NCBI GenBank assembly: GCA_950097015.1
Contig: CATNEN010000001.1
Span: 23,126,001-23,190,000 of the forward strand
DNA length: 64,000 bases
Origin: Macrostomum hystrix
Lineage: Eukaryota; Animalia; Platyhelminthes
Direction of reading: 5' to 3'
Within the stretch, counting starts at the first letter, position 1, and each line of letters starts with the position of its first letter. Shown here piece by piece: positions 58,917-64,000 of this stretch. The notes beneath the pieces were generated by a model. It saw nothing but the letters and a program-made list of their open reading frames with translations. It did not search any database and was not told the origin of the DNA. The position numbers and the translations under genes are program-made.

Positions 58917-59650
58917 TTTCATGAGTTTGACTTGTTATCAGTCAATGTCCTTGACTTTCCATAAAGTCAATGCTTCCTACATCCTTCTCGGGCCGATTCG
59001 AGACAGTTCCCGAGGTCCCCGGGAACTGATTTTGGTGTCGTTCGAAAGGCCTGGCGATGCTCTATAGATTCCGGTTGAGTCCCCCGAGATTGTCTATTGG
59101 GTGCCAACTTGGGCTCTGAGCGGCTACCTAACTTGTCAAAGAGCAATACTTATTCGAAAATTGACCAAATCGAAATTTCAGTCATTGGCGGGCAATGTTG
59201 GAAATGATATTTCTCGACTAGAGGTTGACGCCCTGAGTCTAGAGGCGCCAGTCCGGCACCTCTAGATGGTCGGGACAGAAAGTTGTGGCTATTTTTAGAA
59301 TTTCATGAGTTTGACTTGTTATCAGTCAATGTCCTTGACTTTCCATAAAGTCAATGCTTCCTACATCCTTCTCGGGCCGATTCGTGACAGTTCCCGAGGT
59401 CCCGGGAACTGATTTTGGTGTCGTTCGAAAGGCCTGGCGATGCTCTATAGATTCCGGTTGAGTCCCCCGAGATTGTCTATTGGGTGCCAACTTGTGCTCT
59501 GAGCGGCTACCTAACTTGTCAAAGAGCAATACTTATTCGAAAATTGACCAAATCGAAATTTTAGTCATTGGCGGGCAATGTTGGAAATGATATTTCTCGA
59601 CTAGAGGTTGACGCCCTGAGTCTAGAGTCCCCGAGATTGTCTATTGGGTA
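58917..59650. repeat. Tandem duplication with ~384-bp period (about two copies)
   Basis: 58917-59245 is repeated nearly exactly at 59301-59627, and a short third fragment follows. Confidence 0.9.
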
Positions 59651-59667
59651 ATAGACAATATAGTCCC

Positions 59668-60413
59668 CCGCAGTACGAATGCCCCCGTCTGTCTCTCTTA
59701 ATCATTACCTCGGGTTCCGAAAACCAACAAAATGACTCGTAGAACCGAAGTCATATTCCATTATTCCATGCTGAAGTATTCCGGCTAATGGCCTGCTTTG
59801 AGCACTCTAATTTTTTCAAAGTAAACTTGCTGGGCACTCAGGGCATTCCATTAAGAACACCAAGAGCGAGCACCGACTAGGTAGGCCGAATCAGATCCAA
59901 CTACGAGCTTTTTTACTGCAGCAACATTAATATACGCTATTGGAGCTGGAATTACCGCGGCTGCTGGCACCAGACTTGCCTTCCAATAGATACTTGTTAA
60001 CGGATTTAAAGTGTACTCATTCCAATTACGGAGCCTCAAAAGAGTCCCGTATCGTTATTTTTCGTCACTACCTCCCCGTGCCGGGAGTGGGTAATTTGCG
60101 CGCCTGCTGCATTCCTTAGATATGGTAGCCGTTTCTCAGGCTCCCTCTCCGGAATCGAACCCTGATTCCCCGTTACCCGCTATAACCATGGTAGGCATAT
60201 CACCTACCATCGTAAGTTGATAGGGCAGACACTTAAAAGATACGTCGCCAGCGCAAAGGCCATGCGATAAGCACAAAAGTTATCCAGAGTCACTAAACAG
60301 ACGGAGCAAGCCCCGATTGGATTTGATCTAATAAATGCGCCCCTCCCTGATTTAATGAGCCATGTCTTAATCTTTGAGACAAGCATATGACTACTGGCAG
60401 GATCAACCAGATA
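59668..60413 (-). pseudogene. 18S rRNA 5' portion, pseudogene with internal deletions
   Basis: The minus strand starts TATCTGGTTGATCCTGCCAGTAG, contains GTGCCAGCAGCCGCGGTAATTCCAGCTC and ends GGGGGCATTCGTACTGCGG. Several conserved segments are missing. Confidence 0.96.
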
Positions 60414-61300
60414 GCTAAGTTGCTAAACGCCGGTTTTATCCAGCGCAATACACAACTTGGTCAGTCTTTTTGCGCACATTTTTGCGCGCACAAAACTTTC
60501 AGACACAGAGACTTTTTTACGGCCTCAGTGTGCCAGTCAATCAATCAATTCTCAAAAACAGTCTGGTTCACTCGCTCCTAGCCCAACTCTATCAAGAATT
60601 GAACTAGGCTTTAACAGAACCAGTCAACCTCTATAATCACCAACATAGAGGCAATACTCAATGCCTTGTTAAAAAGCAGAAACAAACTCTTAATTCTTGC
60701 TCTTACACTCTTCTTGCTCGCTTCTCAGTCTGGACCACAATCGGTTCGCATAGGCGCACCGATATGCCTGTGTTTGCGCATGCTTGGACGAGCTTTTCTC
60801 CAAGCCAAGGCAGAAGCTCAATAGTTGACAATCCGGGCCTAGCTTGTGGCTGCCTTTATTCAAAGCTTACCACTACAAGCAGTTTTTTGATTTAACACTC
60901 ATCTGTGGTGCGGCCCTCGAAAGACTAAGTGTCGCACAGCCAGCCTTAGTCAGGCTAGGGTACAGCATAGTTTCCAAGGACTTGTCACGAACGCACTGCT
61001 AACAGTTTGACTCGAGAGTTGAGTGTGCATAGAACAACTGTTTTACCGCACTAGTATTTATTCACGCCAGCCAAGCCCGGAAAGCCTTATTCAGACTTGC
61101 CCAGTCTTGTCTACACAGCCTGCACCTCAAGGCTTCTATCGGCTCTCACCCCCCCTACAGGGTGGTGGGCCTTTATTCCCGGCCAGACCCAAAAACCACC
61201 CCAGGCCTCTCTATCAGTATGGCCGCGGGCTAGCCGGCCCCAGCTCATGCGTTTATTATGCGCCTAGCCAGGGTGCCCTCATGGTGAGGTGAGCTGGGCT
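60414..61300 (-). other. Probable 5' external transcribed spacer of the rDNA unit
   Basis: Lies directly upstream of the 18S 5' end. The outer boundary is approximate. Confidence 0.55.
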
Positions 61301-61613
61301 AGCCGATCGCAGCTCATGGGCCCAGCCAGGGTGCGCTCCTGGTGTGGGCCTCGGATATGGGATAGGAAGGTGACGTTGGGCCAGCCAACCAAAAGCATGA
61401 TTGCCATGCAAGACAAAGAGTTTTCCAAAACATATAGGCTATCCTACTGTATGTGATTCCTTTGGTGCTTCGAGTGTACTGTGTAGTGCTGATATTTATG
61501 TAAATCAGCGTAAAACCGCTTTTTTTCTTACTTAGCCGGATTAAGAAATGAGTAGGCTTATATGATGTTCTTGTTGTTCTGCAAAACATATAATCACTTA
61601 TTTAAATAAAAAA

Positions 61614-61673
61614 TGAGTCGAACCAACGACCCGCAGTTGTCAGGCAGACGTGCTACCAGTCTCACCACATGAC
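61614..61673 (-). other. tRNA-derived remnant (SINE head or tRNA pseudogene)
   Basis: The minus strand has an A-box-like TGGTGAGACTGG and a B-box GGTTCGACTC, but no complete acceptor stem. Confidence 0.5.
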
Positions 61674-64000
61674 ATTGCCCGTATTCAACGAATAATTTCT
61701 ATTTATTAGTATATTCTTTCGTTCGAATACTTTTTTGGCTGCAGGCTGCAGCTTGTGCTTACTTATTTTAAGCAATGGCCATCGTAGCGATCAAATTCGC
61801 AACGCAATATTAGCAACGCAAGCAAATATATCGCGAGCTAGCGAATCGCTCCATTTTCTAACGACGGGTCCAGCAGCTCCCCAAATTTTATCTGCAAAGC
61901 TTCAAAAACCAAAAGGGTGAACGTCAATATTACAAATACTCGGCAAAAGTCAAAATTATTAGCACCCGTAACGAAAGTCATCGATTTATCGTTGCACCAA
62001 ATATTCTACTTATTTTTGTCATTACATGTAATCCATAAAGCTTTAAATAAAGACCAGCAAGGCAAAAATCATTAAATCATTATTTTTAAAGCATAAAAGT
62101 AACTTAAAAGAAAGGTTGAAGCGAAAATAGTTCGCTTAAAGAATTTTTTAATCACATACTGCATAAAAACGGCAAAACAGCGTTTAAATTTTGTTGGGTA
62201 CGAAGTGCAATTCCTTACTATTCCTCACACCAGTATCTAAATGTTTTACTTTGTTTAGAGTTACATAAAGTTTCCGGAACATTTAACCTTTTCGACAGAA
62301 ATGAACATGATAAATAATCGACCAATTTATAAACCTAATTAAAGCAAAGTCATTGCATTCTGTCGCAAAAAGCAGTATAATCGCACGAGTTCAACCTACT
62401 GAAACATCGATTTAGTTAATTCATCTACAAATATTATATATATTTTTAATAAAAGTGTCTGAGCTTTCGTGTTCTGCTACAAAGTAGGGAAACCGTGAGA
62501 CTTTCTGGTATATTTGGTCTTAATTTAATAATTCTCGAAAAACCAAGGTATTCCAAATAATTAGCTACGAAACACATTGTTTTCCTTTCTTGAAGATCGG
62601 CTCGATATTACCCGCAACTTACGTATGTAAACCGTAACGTACTCGTAACATTTAAGTTTAAAAAAACAAAATCGTAATAAAGGTATAGGCTACTAAATAC
62701 TGCTTTGAAAAAACAAATAATTAAGTTCTTAAACATATACATAAAGAATGCTCTGCAGATTTTTTTGGCGCGGTTATAATAATTTCAGATGCATGTTCGT
62801 CGGAGTTGTCCACCATGTTGTTTTTAGCTTTTTCAAATTTTAATTTTGATCTGAATTTTAATTGATTTAGTAATTTAATTTTCACTTTTAGTTGAACTGA
62901 AAGTGAAAGACAGGTAAATCGAAACAAAAAGTACAAGATTGTACCAATTGCAATCATTCCACATTACTGTTACTTTTTCTAGATTATTGCCACTTTGGTA
63001 GCTAATTTCGTTCTTCGTAAATCGTAATTAAGGTTAAAAAGAAAAATATTAGTATTGTTTATTCCATCTTCACTTAGTTTTGGACACATCAGAGTCATTC
63101 GCACAAGTTTTATCTGCGCCTGCAGGTAATTAAAAACTCGATAAATGTCTAAACAATGTCAGTTGAAAAATAACATATGTCGATATATTGCAAAATTACA
63201 TGGTTAATATGATGTAATATAACACTCTAGATAGCTAGTATTGAATAGGAAATATTATCTGACTATCTTTGGCAGGTTAGAAACTAGTTAACTCGGCAGT
63301 AAACCAGTACTATATTTAGTGCCTATAAGCATTTACTCATATTTAGTTTACATTGAAGATAGGTTAATCCAAAATTTTGTTAGAGGTTGTGCCAGTGTGT
63401 ATTAAATTAGAAACAGTTGTCCGACTATATTATTCACTTTTATTTGTTAAGTTCTGCTGCTAGTTTCTTTGTATTTCTTGCTTAACAGTGTACCAAGCTC
63501 TGCAACTTTTTATGAAGCAACACAGTCACTGATTTCATTTGCTCTTTAGACCTAGCCTCCTAGCCTACTTCCAGAGTCAGAAAGGTGGCTCTGTGTGCCA
63601 GAAAGAAATTATAAACAATGTAATATGTGACATGCACCACCAATATAAGTCACTTTAACATTGAGTCAAGTAGGCTTTGGTAAATAGTTAATAGGGCAAG
63701 ATCTCAAAAAAACTAATGCATACTCTTTGCACATAAAGGCTTCTTTCCAGTGGACCTTGAACTTGAGATCAGTATATATATCAATCAATCACTTGAGAGG
63801 GTATTAGACTGAGATTAGTGGCAATCTATTGGAGGATTGGAGAAGTCCATGCTGGTATCAGTATCAGACAGGCTGATCATCTAGGCAGAACAACTGCAGC
63901 TGGACACTGCAGTGTGTCTGGCAGAATAGCTGCAGCTGGACACTGCAGCATGTCAGTCTGGCCCTGGCAAAGCTGAGCAAACTACCACCCCGAGTGCTGC

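Noticed and set aside
61614-61673. Functional tRNA gene
   Set aside because: A and B boxes are present, but the acceptor stem is incomplete.

Overview
Repeat-rich nuclear DNA from an invertebrate animal. It is probably a lophotrochozoan such as a flatworm; that is inferred from the 18S sequence and gene style and not proven. The left ~15 kb holds a 22-bp satellite, a single-exon type I membrane protein gene with a Cys-rich LDLa-like module, and a 5-exon nicotinic acetylcholine receptor alpha-type gene with a non-canonical agonist site. From 16 to 38 kb is a nest of decayed elements: an APE LINE, Gypsy RNase H and integrase remnants, three EnSpm/CACTA-type remnants with DUF4806-like ORFs, a Helitron and a possible DIRS-like relic. 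From 38 to 61 kb is a broken minus-strand rDNA unit. Its 18S gene is split into two collinear pieces. The second piece ends at ...GTTGCAAAGCTG and runs straight into two stacked, distinct R2-clade retrotransposons, each with three zinc fingers and its own HDV-like 5' ribozyme; the first appears to borrow its P1 strand from 18S rRNA. Between the 18S pieces is a ~2.45-kb tandem gene unit whose first coding exon differs ~17% between copies while its flanks are nearly identical. An intact Gypsy element is inserted in that unit, with a -1 frameshift signal, a Cys-repeat insert in Pol and an extra ORF3.
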